From Octopus vulgaris (lineage: Eukaryota): 64,000 nucleotides of DNA. A program made the position numbers and the translations under genes. This document shows, piece by piece, positions 28,965 to 41,999 of this stretch (the first letter of the stretch is position 1; every line of letters starts with the position of its first letter). The notes under the pieces were generated by a model, which was not told the DNA's origin, searched no databases, and worked only from the letters and a program-made list of their open reading frames with translations. The stretch is taken from the NCBI GenBank assembly GCA_951406725.2, contig OX597821.1, forward strand, positions 47,058,001 through 47,122,000, in the 5' to 3' direction.

Positions 28965-29046
28965 ATTCCTGATGAAGGGAATATGTCAGTGTGAATCTTA
29001 AGGATTCGCACATGCTGACTAATGGACTTCAGAAACGGGGTCGAAT
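28965..29046 (+). ncRNA. Type I hammerhead-ribozyme-like motif in a Penelope-type pLTR remnant
   Basis: ATTC-CTGATGA-(long stem II containing GTCAG/CTGAC and TGTGAATC/GATTCGCA)-GAAAC-GGG-GTC-GAAT; stem I ATTC/GAAT; GUC cleavage triplet; stem II closing pair imperfect. Confidence 0.55.
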
Positions 29047-29531
29047 TGCTTCAGATTGATATTTAACCCTGTAGAAAACATTTCTTAGGAACTCTACTAA
29101 ACTTTTAAATCCATAATTAGGATTTCCCGCTACCTCCGATGTATTTTATAACTTTTAATCTTTATTTCAATGTCCTTTAAACGTAAATTTAAATTCAATA
29201 TGATTTTTAATCGATATATCAACCTCTATTTATTTATCCTTTACATGTACATTTTTAGCTCATATAACTAATTTTTTATTTTTTAAATAATATATAAATA
29301 TGTTCCTTCCCTGGTAATTTTATGTTTTTTCTATGTTTGTATTTATATATTTATTATGTTGCTGTAAATCATAGATATAAATGAGTATCTAAATTTTTGT
29401 CTCTTTTTATACGAAGTTATATAATATTTTATATATATATGTGTGTATGTATATAATATATATATTAATGTTTATATACATGTATATATATATTATATAT
29501 GCATATACATCTATCTTATATACATTTATTA

Positions 29532-29883
29532 TACTCTTTACTCTTTACTCTTTTACTTGTTTCAGTCATTTGACTGCGGCCATGCTGGAGCACCGCCTTT
29601 AATCGAGCAAATCGACCCCGGGACTTATTCCTTTGTAAGCCCAGTACTTATTCTATCGGTCTCTTTTGCCGAATCGCTAAGTAACGGGGACATAAACACA
29701 CCAGCATCGGTTGTCAAGCAATGCTAGGGGGACAAACACACAAACACACATACATAAATATATATATACATATATACGACGGGCTTCTTTCAGTTTCCGT
29801 CTACCAAATCCACTCACAAGGCTTTGGTCGGCCCGAGGCTATAGTAGAAGACACTTGCCCAAGGTGCCACGCAGTGGGACTGA
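29532..29883 (-). mobile_element. SINE family A, 5'-truncated
   Basis: Near-identical to the other copies up to CAGTGGGACTGAA. Confidence 0.9.
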
Positions 29884-29892
29884 AGACACATA

Positions 29893-30405
29893 TCTATATA
29901 TATAAAACTGTAGTTGTGTGAGTGTCTGTCTCCTTCGATTTAGATTCCTAACTACTCCCACATTTTGCGGTGCAGTTTAACCAAATTCGGGTATCTTATA
30001 GTCGTGATTCATATCGAGCCCGTCTGAGTATTAGCGCGCGTCTACGATGAGTCTACGATTTTAAAAATAATTTAACATCATTTTTTATTCCATTTTAATG
30101 CATAATTTTTCGTGTGTCAATGGCGGCGGAGTTGGCGTCCATGGTCACACCTGCACCTGTTTGCTTCTCCCCCTTCTTCCCTCCCTCGTGAAGCTGTGGG
30201 GAAGGGAGTGTAAGGAAATCAACGTCGTAAAGCGTTGTCAAGGAGACCAGCGTTCTTTTAGAACAACGACTTTATGGCTTGAAGACACCAAAACAGAAAT
30301 GGCTAAGAAAGCCCGAATTGGCATCTATAAGGGAAGTAACTCTCTAAAAATGCTTATATAGTTATTTCCCTTACAAATCCGAGCAACGCCGGGCGATACT
30401 GCTAG
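29893..30405 (+). mobile_element. Non-autonomous Helitron (~513 bp)
   Basis: Inserted between A and T; 5' TCTATATATATAAAA; subterminal hairpin CCGAGCAACGCCGGG at ~30379-30393; 3' CTAG; no TSD. Confidence 0.85.
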
Positions 30406-30429
30406 TATATATATATAATAAATATATAT

Positions 30430-30559
30430 ACAATAGGCATCTTTCAGTTCTCCGTCTACCAAATCCATTCACACGGCTTTGGTCGGCTCGCAATGGGACT
30501 GAACGCGGAACCATGTGGTTTGGAAGCAAGCTTTTAACCAAACACCCACTTCTGCGCTT

Positions 30560-30560
<1 letters not shown>
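30430..30560 (-). mobile_element. SINE family A, 5' part with internal deletion
   Basis: TCCGTCTACCAAATCCATTCAC...GGGACTGAACGCGGAACCATGTGG. Confidence 0.75.
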
Positions 30561-30610
<50 letters not shown>

Positions 30611-30660
30611 ATATCAAATTATATATATATATAAATATATATAAATATAAATATATATAA

Positions 30661-30780
<120 letters not shown>

Positions 30781-30795
30781 TGTGTGAGAGAGAGA

Positions 30796-32347
30796 TAAAG
30801 GGTGTTTCAATAAATTTGATATCATTTGAGATGCAAATATCACAGAAACTACATAGTCAAAGTAAATGAAACTAAACAAGCTTAATGTTGAGCTACATAA
30901 GATTTATGCCTCCAAATTTGAATGAGAAATTCAAAAGTATGTGGATTCCAAAAGCGATTTCACAAATGTTCAATATGCGCACCGCCTGAGATACAGCACA
31001 CGGCAAGTCGGTAGTCCAGCTCCTCCCAAACACGATGCAGCATGTCTTGGGTAACAGTCTCCAGTGTGGTAGTGATTCTCTGCTCGAATTCCTTTGGGTT
31101 TGCAGGAAGAGGCCGGACATAGACCAGGCCCTTCACATAGCCCCAGAGAAAAAAATTGCAAGGTGTCAGGTCAGGTGAACATGACGGCTATTTCAATAGC
31201 ACATTGTCTTCAATACCAGCAGCACGCCGGATCCGTCACCCTCGCAGATTGTCATTGAGATAAGCCTGCACAGTGAGATTCCAGTGAGGTGGTTCCCTGT
31301 CCTGTTGAAAAATGAAATTTTCATGTTCTATTGCAATGAGCTCACCCATCAACCAGTTCTGAATCATTTGCAGATAAACACTGCCGGTCACATTTCCCTC
31401 AAAGTAAAACAGACTATGAAGATGCTTCTTGGAGATGGCACAGAACACATTCACTTTTGGTGAGTCTCCCTTGCATGCTCAACTGAAGCAAGGGGATTTT
31501 CTTCACCCCCAAATGCGAACATTATGCTTATTGACTTTGCCATTCGTATGAAATGCGTCCTCATCACTGAAAACAAGACGTTCCTTGAACTCAAGTTCTT
31601 CAGGTTTCTCTTGCATATCAATACAGATTTGTTAGCGCTATCGCTTGTCATCTACCGATATGCCCTGAACAAGCTGCAGCGAGTAGGATTTTATTAGCAA
31701 GCGTTTCCTCAGGATGCACCAAACTGTCGTTGGAGGAATCCAGACTTGTTCTTCTTATGGACTTCTTGTGGCTTCCGCTGTTAGTAGTCAGCGGAGAGCA
31801 TCGGCAACCTACCCGACTCGTCTTTTAACACGTCCGGCACACGCACTCGTGCTCAATAGCGCTGACGACTGAGAACTAGTTAGCCGTCGACCGCAGCCGC
31901 CTCGGCCTTGTGCCTAACACACGGACACACACACTCCTCGCGCTCGATATCACCGCATTCGATCGCTCCGAACTACTACGGCTGATTTGGGGCTTCCGGT
32001 GTTAGTAGTCATCCAGATTCTTTTGCCCTGCACAGACAGCCTTCCTCTTTGAATTTTTTGTACCATGTCCAAATCTGCATTGCCGTTGGAGACTTTTTAG
32101 AGAACTCTCTCACAAATGCACGCTGCAAACTCTTCCTCGAGTGTGTTCATGCATGCTCCAACACACAAAACGCCTTTTCTCTTCCACTGAATGCCATTTC
32201 TATACCTGAACAGATAAACATATCAAACATTAAACATAACATTTTGACATGTTTCTACACATGCTGTTAAAATTTGAAGTCATTTGAACAAGGACTGGTA
32301 AAGTTATTAGATTGCGAAATGATATTAATTTTTTGAAACACTCTGTA
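30796..32347 (-). mobile_element. Full-length decayed Tc1/mariner-superfamily transposon (rosa/DD41D-like) with TIRs and TA TSD
   Basis: TIRs AGGGTGTTTCAATAAATTTGATATCATTT vs reverse complement of AAATGATATTAATTTTTTGAAACACTCT; transposase pseudogene inside. Confidence 0.88.
30960..32197 (-). pseudogene. Transposase pseudogene (N-terminal HTH plus DDD domain)
   Basis: MAFSGREKAFCVLEHA..QIWTWYKKFKEEGCLC; VTGSVYLQM; FQQDREPPHW; SPDLTPCNFFLWG; GGAHIEHL*; stops, frameshifts and a 200-bp insert. Confidence 0.85.
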
Positions 32348-32369
32348 TGTAAATATATATATGTATATT

Positions 32370-32453
<84 letters not shown>

Positions 32454-32479
32454 GTGTGTGTGTGTGTTTAATATATATA

Positions 32480-32621
32480 CAGGAGTGGCTGTATGGTAAG
32501 AATCTCGCCTACAAATCACATGGTTCCGAGTTCAGTCCCACTGTGTGGCACCTTGTGCAACCCTCGTGCCGACCAAAGCCTTGAGTGGATTTGGTTGACG
32601 GAAACTGAAAGAAGCCCGATA

Positions 32622-32686
<65 letters not shown>

Positions 32687-32949
32687 TGTCTGTGTGAGTG
32701 TGTGTGTGTGTGTATGTGTGTGTGTATGTGTGTGTGTTTGTGTGTGTGTCTGTGTTTGTTCCCCTCCATCGCTTTGACAAGCGATGTTGGTGCGTTTATG
32801 TCTCCGTAAATTAGCGGTTCGGCCAAAGACCGACAGAATAAGTACTAGGCTTACAAAGAATAAATCCTGGTGTCGATTTGCTCGGCGAAAAGGCGGTGCT
32901 CCAGCATGACCGCAGTCAAACGACTGACACGAGTAAAAAATAAAAGAAT
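32480..32949 (+). mobile_element. SINE family A, full length, with expanded internal (TG)n
   Basis: Head CAGGAGTGGCTGTATGGTAAG; tail GTAAAAAATAAAAGA. Confidence 0.88.
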
Positions 32950-32968
32950 ACATATAATTATATATATA

Positions 32969-33315
32969 CCAGACTACCCGTGATCCGTTGGGTCACCTGG
33001 AAAGTCTGAGTTTCCCAGCAACGAAGTTTGGTTTCGTGTTTTTTTCATTTTTCTTTTTCAGGTTATTCTGTATACTTTCAACGAACGCGACATCGAAATC
33101 ACGCGTAAATAGCTCCTTTCCCCCCCAAAAGGAAAAATTTGCGTGCTATTTCTTGCACGCCCTGCTACTACGTACCAGGTATTTAGGGTCCTTTATCGCA
33201 AATAGCTGTTACGTGGTAGCAGGACGTGCTAGAAATAGCAGCCAATTCTTTGGAGCTGACATACGTTGAATGCAAAAACTTTTTTTATTTACTTTTGTTT
33301 TAAAGTGAGAGAAGG
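32969..33315 (-). mobile_element. Possible non-autonomous Helitron
   Basis: Minus strand ends CCCAACGGATCACGGG-TAGT-CTGG|T (GC hairpin plus CTRR followed by T); 5' end unclear. Confidence 0.4.
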
Positions 33316-34340
33316 TTAAAGATGTATGAACGTGTATATGAAATGGACGTTTGCGTGTGTGACAGAGAGTGGGGGGGAAAGAGAGAGAGAGAGATGGAGG
33401 AGAAAGAGAGAGATGGGGAGAAAGAGAGAGAGAGAGATGGAGGAGAAAGAGAGAGATGGGGAGAAAGAGAGAGAAAGAGAGAGAAGGGGCAGAAAGAGAG
33501 AGAGAAAGAGACAGAATTAGAAATACAGAGAGAGAGAGAGCACCACTTACACATACATGAAATCACACACGTTCACTTACCCACACACACACATGCACAC
33601 GTACATACAAAATAATGCACGCATATGTATTGATGTATGTATGTACGTATACACATCCCTTCACTCCCTCTCTCTCTCCTTCTCTCTCTCTTCCTCTCTC
33701 TCTCTTTCACACACACACGTCCATTTCATATACACGTACATACATCTTTCACTTTCTGCTCTCTTTGACTTTAAAACAAATGTAAATAAATAAAAAAGTT
33801 TTGCAGAAATTAACGAACTCCGGACGACAAGCGAAAGATCGCCATTCTCTTGAAGATAATTTAAAAAACATTAAAATATTGTCTATTTAAAGAAAGCTAA
33901 AATATAAATACTGTACAAATAACTTACATTTTTGAAATCACATTCAGTTAAAAATATTTCTAAATGATTACAATATTGTGTACGTCAAAAAATTAACATT
34001 TTTTCTTAGAGAGTACGAAGACTATGTGTGTGTATATGTCACAGATAGCTGCCACGTGTTTGGGTTAGCTGACACGACATGGTTTTCATTATATGTGTGT
34101 GTTCTGTATGTGTGTATGTGTGTTGACGTCACGGAAGCCGTGTTTTGTTTTTTAAGAAATAACAGACAAAAACTGTGTTTAGTCGTTTTCATTAATAAAT
34201 ATATGTTCAGATATTCACAAAAAATTGTACTGCACTGCCGAAGATAAGTATGAAAATAAATATACAAAAAAAAAAAGATAAAATAAACTATTTCTGAGAT
34301 ATTTCGGATACACAAACATCTCTAGATTATTAGTATTATA

Positions 34341-34393
<53 letters not shown>

Positions 34394-34427
34394 CAGCTGA
34401 AACTACTTCAAAGAGATAAAATAAAAT

Positions 34428-34465
<38 letters not shown>

Positions 34466-34522
34466 ATTTATATATGCATATTTACACAAATATTTATGTG
34501 TATAGATGCATATACACATCTA

Positions 34523-34745
34523 TAAGAGGGGATGCTGAAAAGTTCCTGGCTTTCGGTAAAAGAAAATGCTGGAGTGTAAGTTAATTATGATTTTATTAAA
34601 CATATTCCCCTTTCATATTCACACACTTATTGCAGCTGGCCTTCAGTTTTTCTATGCTCTGTGAAAGACCGCGGAAGTTTGGGCTTCCAAACAGTCTTTC
34701 CTCGATACCCTTAAAATCAGGAGGTTTTGCAGCATACCTCTCGTA
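34523..34745. mobile_element. Mariner-derived MITE (~220 bp) retaining the transposase C-terminus
   Basis: TA-flanked imperfect TIRs (TAAGAGGGGATGCTGAAAAG / TTTTGCAGCATACCTCTCGTA); minus strand SIEKLKASCNKCVNMKGEYV*, a typical mariner C-terminus. Confidence 0.82.
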
Positions 34746-34829
34746 TATATTCACAAATAATATATTTATGTATATACTTATATATGTATATCTGTGTTTG
34801 TATGTATGTATACACATAGATAGATAGAT

Positions 34830-34876
<47 letters not shown>

Positions 34877-34938
34877 ATAGATATATAGATAGATAGACAC
34901 ACATACATACATACATACATACATACATACATACATAA

Positions 34939-34993
<55 letters not shown>

Positions 34994-35457
34994 TAGAAAG
35001 ATAGTCATGGCAGGGTGGAATATTTAACAATTGGTTCCAAGACTCCGATTCTTGTGTTCAGTCTCACTGCTTTATATCAGACGAGTGATTTTCACCATTT
35101 TCTCGTATCAACCCATCTATGGTCAGTGAATCTGGATAGACAGAAATTGTATGGAAGCACGTCTATTGGATTGAATCAATAACTCGAACGTTACACACAG
35201 AGGCATACTAATTCTGTCTGTAGGGTAGACATGTCGATGGAAGACTCAGTTACTTATACACTGACTGAGCAACAGAATACCTAATGGTGATATCGACGGA
35301 GATTTAATTTTTCTATTTGTAAAATAAATGCGTATATATACACATACATAAATGCATCAGAACCCTGAAGGTGTCGGGCTCTCGTCAGGGATCTTTGAAA
35401 CTTGATGTAGCATGAAACCACATCAAACTATTTTAAATCATATATGTACATACATAC

Positions 35458-35546
<89 letters not shown>

Positions 35547-35548
<2 letters not shown>

Positions 35549-35959
35549 CGCAGGAGTGGCTGTGTGGTAAGTAGCTTGCTAACCAACCACATGGTTCCGG
35601 GTTCAGTCCCACTGCGTGGCATCTTGGGCAAGTGTCTTCTGCTATAGCCTCGGGCCGACCAAAGCCTTGTGAGTGGATTTGGTAGACGGAAACTGAAAGA
35701 AGCCTGTCGTATATATGTATATATATATGTATGTGTGTGTATATGCTTGTCTGTGTTTGTCCCTCAAGCATTGCTTGACAACCGATGCTGGTGTGTTTAC
35801 GTCCCCGTCAGCTAGCGGTTCAGCAAAAGAGACCGATAGAATAAGTACTGGGCTTACAAAAAATAAGTCCCGGGGTCGATTTGCTCGACTAAAGGCGGTG
35901 CTCCAGCATGGCCGCAGTCAAATGACTGAAACAAGTAAAGGAGTAAAAGAGTAAAGAGT
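35547..35959 (+). mobile_element. SINE family A, full length, inserted in (TA)n
   Basis: Near-consensus copy. Confidence 0.92.
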
Positions 35960-36563
35960 ATATATATATATATATGTACACATACGCACACACATGCACT
36001 CGCATGCATACATATAAATACACATGTATAAGTATATATATACATCTATCTACATATATGTGTATATTTGTAGGTATGTATATACATACATTCATGTGTG
36101 TATGTGTGACGTTTGTGTGTGTTTATAGATAGATAGATATATTGTCGATGTATATACGCAAATCTATTTTGTAATGCGTGTTCTATATTCTTTCCAAATG
36201 TGGTGGGAACAGTGACCGTAGCACATGCAACTGTATATTTGTGAGAATGGGTGAAGTGTACTATTGCACCGTCGTAACTCACACACGCGCGCGCGTGCAC
36301 ATATGCATGTATACACAGGCACTTGGACATATATAAACGCATATACAGAGAGAGGGAGAGTGAGAGAGAGGAAGAGGAAGAGAAAAGAGACAAATGAAGA
36401 TCGATAAAATAAATGCCAGAACGAAATATCCACTTGGATCGGTACGATAGACAAAATCGGTTTAAAAATGTGCTCCAGCATGGCCTCATTTTAGAGAAAG
36501 AATACCTGTGTGTGAGACTTTGTATTTATACATACGTATATAAATACATATATACATATATAG

Positions 36564-36599
<36 letters not shown>

Positions 36600-37475
36600 C
36601 ATATTCGTTTCGATGTACATGTGAGACTAGGTTTGTTTTAGAGTGCACAGCCGCACACACAATTGCGCACACACATCTTCGAAAGACACACACACGCGCA
36701 CAGACACACGTACACACGCACACACACACATACACACACACTCCCAGATTCTTGAGAGACCCATTGTCTTGAAGGAAGATAATTTTCTTTCCGCCTTTTT
36801 CCAAGTCTTCCACCTCAGATATCTTTACCACTCCACTCCTCTCGTTTGTGGAGTTCCTACTGAGAATATTCTGCCACTATAACTGCCGAGGTGGCGCTAC
36901 TATCGTCTCTGGCATCCGGAAAGAATGGTAATGAATAAGATAGCCGGAACGAGTTGTACAAGTAAAGAGTTTCTTTCTCCATTCTACAAGCATGCACACA
37001 GACACAACATTCCAGGGCCTCACTGCCACCATGCACTCCAACCACACGCGCTACCCACCAACCCTGAATCAAAATAGATAAATAAATAAGCAAATAAATA
37101 GGTGGTTGGATTGTAAGTGTATACATTGAGCTGTCTCTGTGCTTAGAACTATTGATTGTGCCTCATCGTTTCGCTGACATATGTCACCTCTCACTTGCAA
37201 TGTCTTTATAATCCATTGAAAAAGATAAACAGAAACAAAATAACCTATTTTTAAATTATGCGGCCTTATTTGGAGTTTGCCAAAATAATGCAGGGAGATA
37301 GAACTAATTAGATATATATGGCAGGCGTAAAATTAAACAATTATGTGTGCACGAGCGCGTGTGTAAGGCAAACAGTATTAATTTGGGAAATATGTATCTA
37401 CAGCGTCTGTAAGAGGAACTAAGAATCCATATATATATATTTATATATATAAATATATGTATGTATATATGTATG

Positions 37476-37506
<31 letters not shown>

Positions 37507-37535
37507 GTATATAAATGTATATATATACACACACA

Positions 37536-37661
<126 letters not shown>

Positions 37662-37684
37662 CATACTAAAGTAATCTTTTATTC

Positions 37685-38010
37685 GATTATTCTTTTACTT
37701 GTTTCAGTCATTTGACTGCGGATATGCTGGAGCACCGCCTTCAGTCGAGTAAATCGACCTCAGGACTTATTCTTTGTAAGCCTGGTCTTATTGTATCGGT
37801 CTCTTTTACCGAACTGCTAATTACGGGGACGTAAACAGACCAGCATCGCTTGCAAAGCGATTTTGGGAGGACAAACACAAGCACACAAACATATACACAC
37901 ACTTACATATATATATATATATATACGACGGGCTCCCTTCAGTTTCGGTCTACTAAATCCATTCACAAGGCTTTGGTCGGCCCGAGGCTATAGTAGAACA
38001 CACTTGCGCC
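37685..38010 (-). mobile_element. SINE family A with deleted head
   Basis: Tail and body match the family; head mostly missing. Confidence 0.85.
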
Positions 38011-38014
38011 TATA

Positions 38015-38058
<44 letters not shown>

Positions 38059-38300
38059 TATATACAAGATAAGAAAATGGAGAAATACATCTAAATCAAA
38101 TATCAATTACCAGATAATACTCAATCACATACTTTATTAAACCACTACATAAGAGACTGTAGGGTTAAATATAAAAGCAGAACAAAACAGTGTACATAAA
38201 GGAATGTACATAAAAAAGAGTACATAAAAGAGTAATGTGGAATATATATAAAAGAGAATATATATATAAGTAAATTGCATTTACAACCCCTATCTCAATT

Positions 38301-38337
<37 letters not shown>

Positions 38338-38767
38338 CATACACACACATATACATATGTAAGACACGTGTAAAAGCGTATTTGCTATACATGTGAAGTG
38401 TACTTGTAAAATTAATAATGTATAGTACATGCACGTGTAAAATGAACTAGGTATATCTCTAAAAGTATGCATGTTCATGCATATACATTAACATATATCC
38501 ATATGTATATATATATATTAGATAGATAGATAATATGCGTATATATCTTATATGAATATATATATATAATATATAGATGTATATATATATATATAATATA
38601 TATATATATATATAATATATAGGCGTATATATATATATACATCTATATATTATATATTATATATATACACAAATATATATATATATATATGTATGTATAT
38701 ATATACACATACGATATATACACATATTATCTATCTATCTAATATATATATACATATGTATGTATAT

Positions 38768-38841
<74 letters not shown>

Positions 38842-38957
38842 CCCTGCCAATATACACATATATTTGAATTTTCTCTGACTCCTCAGATTTTTTGAATGCT
38901 GGACTACTGGTTTTAAATTGATATTAAAATTAATATTACTTTATCTCCCTCAATTTT

Positions 38958-39017
<60 letters not shown>

Positions 39018-39039
39018 TATATGTATGTATGTATGTATA

Positions 39040-39230
39040 TTGATAGAAATGGCAAGACAACAAAAGAATTAAAGAGACCTCGATATTATGTAAATTGAGG
39101 AATGTATCTGTAAATATAATATGTGGCAATTATTCGGTAGCCATGATTAAACTCCGAGTTTCGGATGTCGGGGCGGAAACCCCCGCCTGCATATATTCAG
39201 TTATCGGGCCATTGCAAAAAATGCTATGAA
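39040..39230 (-). mobile_element. Probable Penelope pLTR fragment with a degenerate hammerhead-like motif
   Basis: Minus strand CTGAATAT..GGCGG-(loop)-CCGCC..CATCCGAAACTCGG at ~39153-39200; sits between (TA)n tracts. Confidence 0.35.
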
Positions 39231-39304
39231 AATGACCATTAAAATTTGTATGCATATGTATATGTGTGTATATATATATTATATACATATATATACTATA
39301 TATA

Positions 39305-39344
<40 letters not shown>

Positions 39345-39589
39345 TATGTACATATATATATGTTCTCTTCTGTCTATAATTATTTACATTCTTTCTCTGA
39401 GAAAGGAGCTGATTTCTAACAAAGATACAAAGTTCCATCGTTGGTATGTCGACAACAAAAACAATATCACATTTTCAACTTGAAAAAATGTGTTGCATAT
39501 TTTTACTTTTTCTCTTATAGATTGTATTTGTAATGTGCGAGTTAATTAGTTGATTTTTTTTTTTTTTTTGCATGTATAGCACTTATTCT

Positions 39590-39756
39590 ATTAATGTCTT
39601 TTACAAGAACCGATAAATTTCGGGAACGAAACCAAATCAACACCGGTTATTAGGCTGTGGTGGGGGTACACGCGCACACAAACACGCACACACACACACA
39701 CACAAACACACACAGACACACACACACACACACACACATATTCATAGAGAGAGGGG

Positions 39757-39848
<92 letters not shown>

Positions 39849-39867
39849 TAGACAGAGACAGACAGAC

Positions 39868-39956
<89 letters not shown>

Positions 39957-40095
39957 CGACGGACATTTTTTCCAGGTGACGTCTGCTAAATCCACTGACA
40001 AGTTTTTGGTTGGCCCGGTATTATAGTGGAAGGCACTTGGTCAAGTTGTCACGGAGTGGGACTGAACCTGGAACCATGTGGCTCGGAAGAAAACT
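39590..40095 (-). mobile_element. SINE family A, decayed, internal slot expanded with (CA)n and (GATA)n
   Basis: GAGTGGGACTGAACCTGGAACCATGTGG head; 3' part at 39590-39665. Confidence 0.75.
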
Positions 40096-40164
40096 TGTTA
40101 TCAGGCAACCACATGCAAATGCAAAATTAAAGCCCAAGCAATACAGCCCAAACTAGAGAAATAA

Positions 40165-40280
40165 TTAAAGCTTGCCGGACGAAATACTTCTCGACATCTC
40201 TTCCGACTTTTCTTTCTGAGTTCAAAGTGCGTCAGCGTCAACTTTGTCTTTCATCCTTTCGAGGTCAATTTAATAAGTTT
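40165..40280 (+). mobile_element. SINE family B, partial
   Basis: CTGAGTTCAAAG...GTCAACTTTGTCTTTCATCCTTTCGAGGTC. Confidence 0.7.
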
Positions 40281-40770
40281 GATCTTAACTGATTGGAAGT
40301 GTTATCATGTACATGCTTCGTCTTAGTATAAAAAGATGGGCTACAGCGAATATTCTGCTCAATATTTGTTTCTCAGATTTGTTTCTCAGTTGTTTGACCT
40401 TAACTAGTTGATCATGTCCCTTAGTGGTCATCGAAATGTGCAAGAGCAGGAGTAGTGGGGAAGCATCATAGCCATGTGTTGAGAGGAACAGTTTGAGGCT
40501 TCAATAATTCACCTCTCGAAACCTGTGTGTTTCCTTCATCATCCTTAAACACCCCTCTTTCCGCGACCTTTGAAGAAAATTCTAACTGGGCCTGCACCTT
40601 CAAGGTTATGCGCTGTTTATTTTGATGTAAGGTCACCATGTCGCGCATATATGGTTATGATATAGGTACCTGGTGTACCCTTATCAGACGGGTATGTTGG
40701 GCTTCGTATATTTGTAACTCAGTCTCACTTTGATGACATCTATTGCTCTCTCACTCAATAATAATAATAG

Positions 40771-41152
40771 GAAACCAAAGAATTAGATATTGCACTACCT
40801 TAAGATGCATGCATAAGTGACAAAGAACTAGAAAAGACTGGAACTTACAGACTACTAAAAGACGAAATTGCAAGAATGTGGACTGTGTGGAGTGTGTCTG
40901 TCATTCCAGTAGTTGTAGGGGGCACTTGGAGCACTAGCAACGAAGTTCGAGAAAGAAGTCAAAGAAATTGGAATTGACATGAGAGTAGAGCAAACCCCCC
41001 CAAAACTGCTCTGCTGGGGACATCTAGGATTAACAGCCAAGTATCAAAGCTTATAATGTGCGGAAAGAGACCCTGTGAGACCTCTGACAGTAGGCTACTG
41101 TCGGCTCTCACAGAATCTACCAGAATAAACAAGACCAAGCGTTCTGAGATGT
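40771..41152 (+). mobile_element. 3' end of a Dong/R4-like RLE retrotransposon in (TAA)n
   Basis: LDIALP..DKELEK..YRLLKDEIARMW...VIPVVVGALGA...(Q)KTALLGTSRI; (AAT)n 5' and (CAA)n(TAA)n 3'. Confidence 0.85.
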
Positions 41153-41155
41153 AAC

Positions 41156-41187
<32 letters not shown>

Positions 41188-41245
41188 AATAATAATAATA
41201 ATAATAATAATAGTAATAATAATAATAATAATAATTGTATTAATA

Positions 41246-41459
41246 ATCCTTTCTACTATAAGCAGAAGACCTGGAATTTGGAGGTAAGGGGTTAGCCGAT
41301 TACATTGAGCCAGTACTTGATCGGTATTTAATTCATTGATTCCCAAAGGATGAAAGGCAAAGTCGTTCTCAGCGGAATTTGAACTCAGAACGTAAAGGCG
41401 GACGAAATGCTTCTAAGTATTTTGTCCGGCATGATAACAATTCTTCCAGCTCGCCGCCT
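41246..41459 (-). mobile_element. SINE family B, tail type 2
   Basis: Reverse complement head AGGCGGCGAGCTGG; GAATTTGAACTCAGAAC; tail CCTTTCTACTATA. Confidence 0.85.
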
Positions 41460-41999
41460 ATTGACTAATAATGATAATATTGATTATGTGGGGGCAGGAG
41501 GAAGTAGAGGAGGTGGAGGATCATTATGACAATTATGTATGTCATTTTCCTCAGAGGTGTCTGATAAAGAAATGTTACAAAGACAAATTCTAATTTGTGG
41601 GTGATTTACATAAAAGTATGACAGCAAATAAAAAATGCAGAGATGAGGTGGGGAGAAATGAGATGTAAAATGCAGTCTACAAAATATATGAATACAGGGA
41701 TGGTAAAGTCTTCCAGAAAGGATGAGTTTACACTAGTGCCAAGCAAGAAAATTCACAAATTCAAAATCACCCCAAAAAGCCAAGGATACGTACCCTCTTC
41801 CTCATATTGTCCTCCAGTCTATTGGCGTATACTTAGAGTAATTTCATTCACCCTAACCATTCCTTCTAGTTATCCTCCTTTTGACTGGAAGGAAACACTT
41901 TCAATGCCTCAATGCCAAGTAAAAACTGAAAGAGTCGATGAAGAGTTGACCAAAAAGGAAGGGAACTATTAAAATAATGTAACATGGACATCTTCACGG

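Noticed and set aside
35360-35395. Minus-strand CTGACGA-GAGCCC..GGGTTC hammerhead half
   Set aside because: GAAA and stem III are missing
41643-41972. 109-aa non-repetitive ORF
   Set aside because: No recognisable homology or splice context; length compatible with chance
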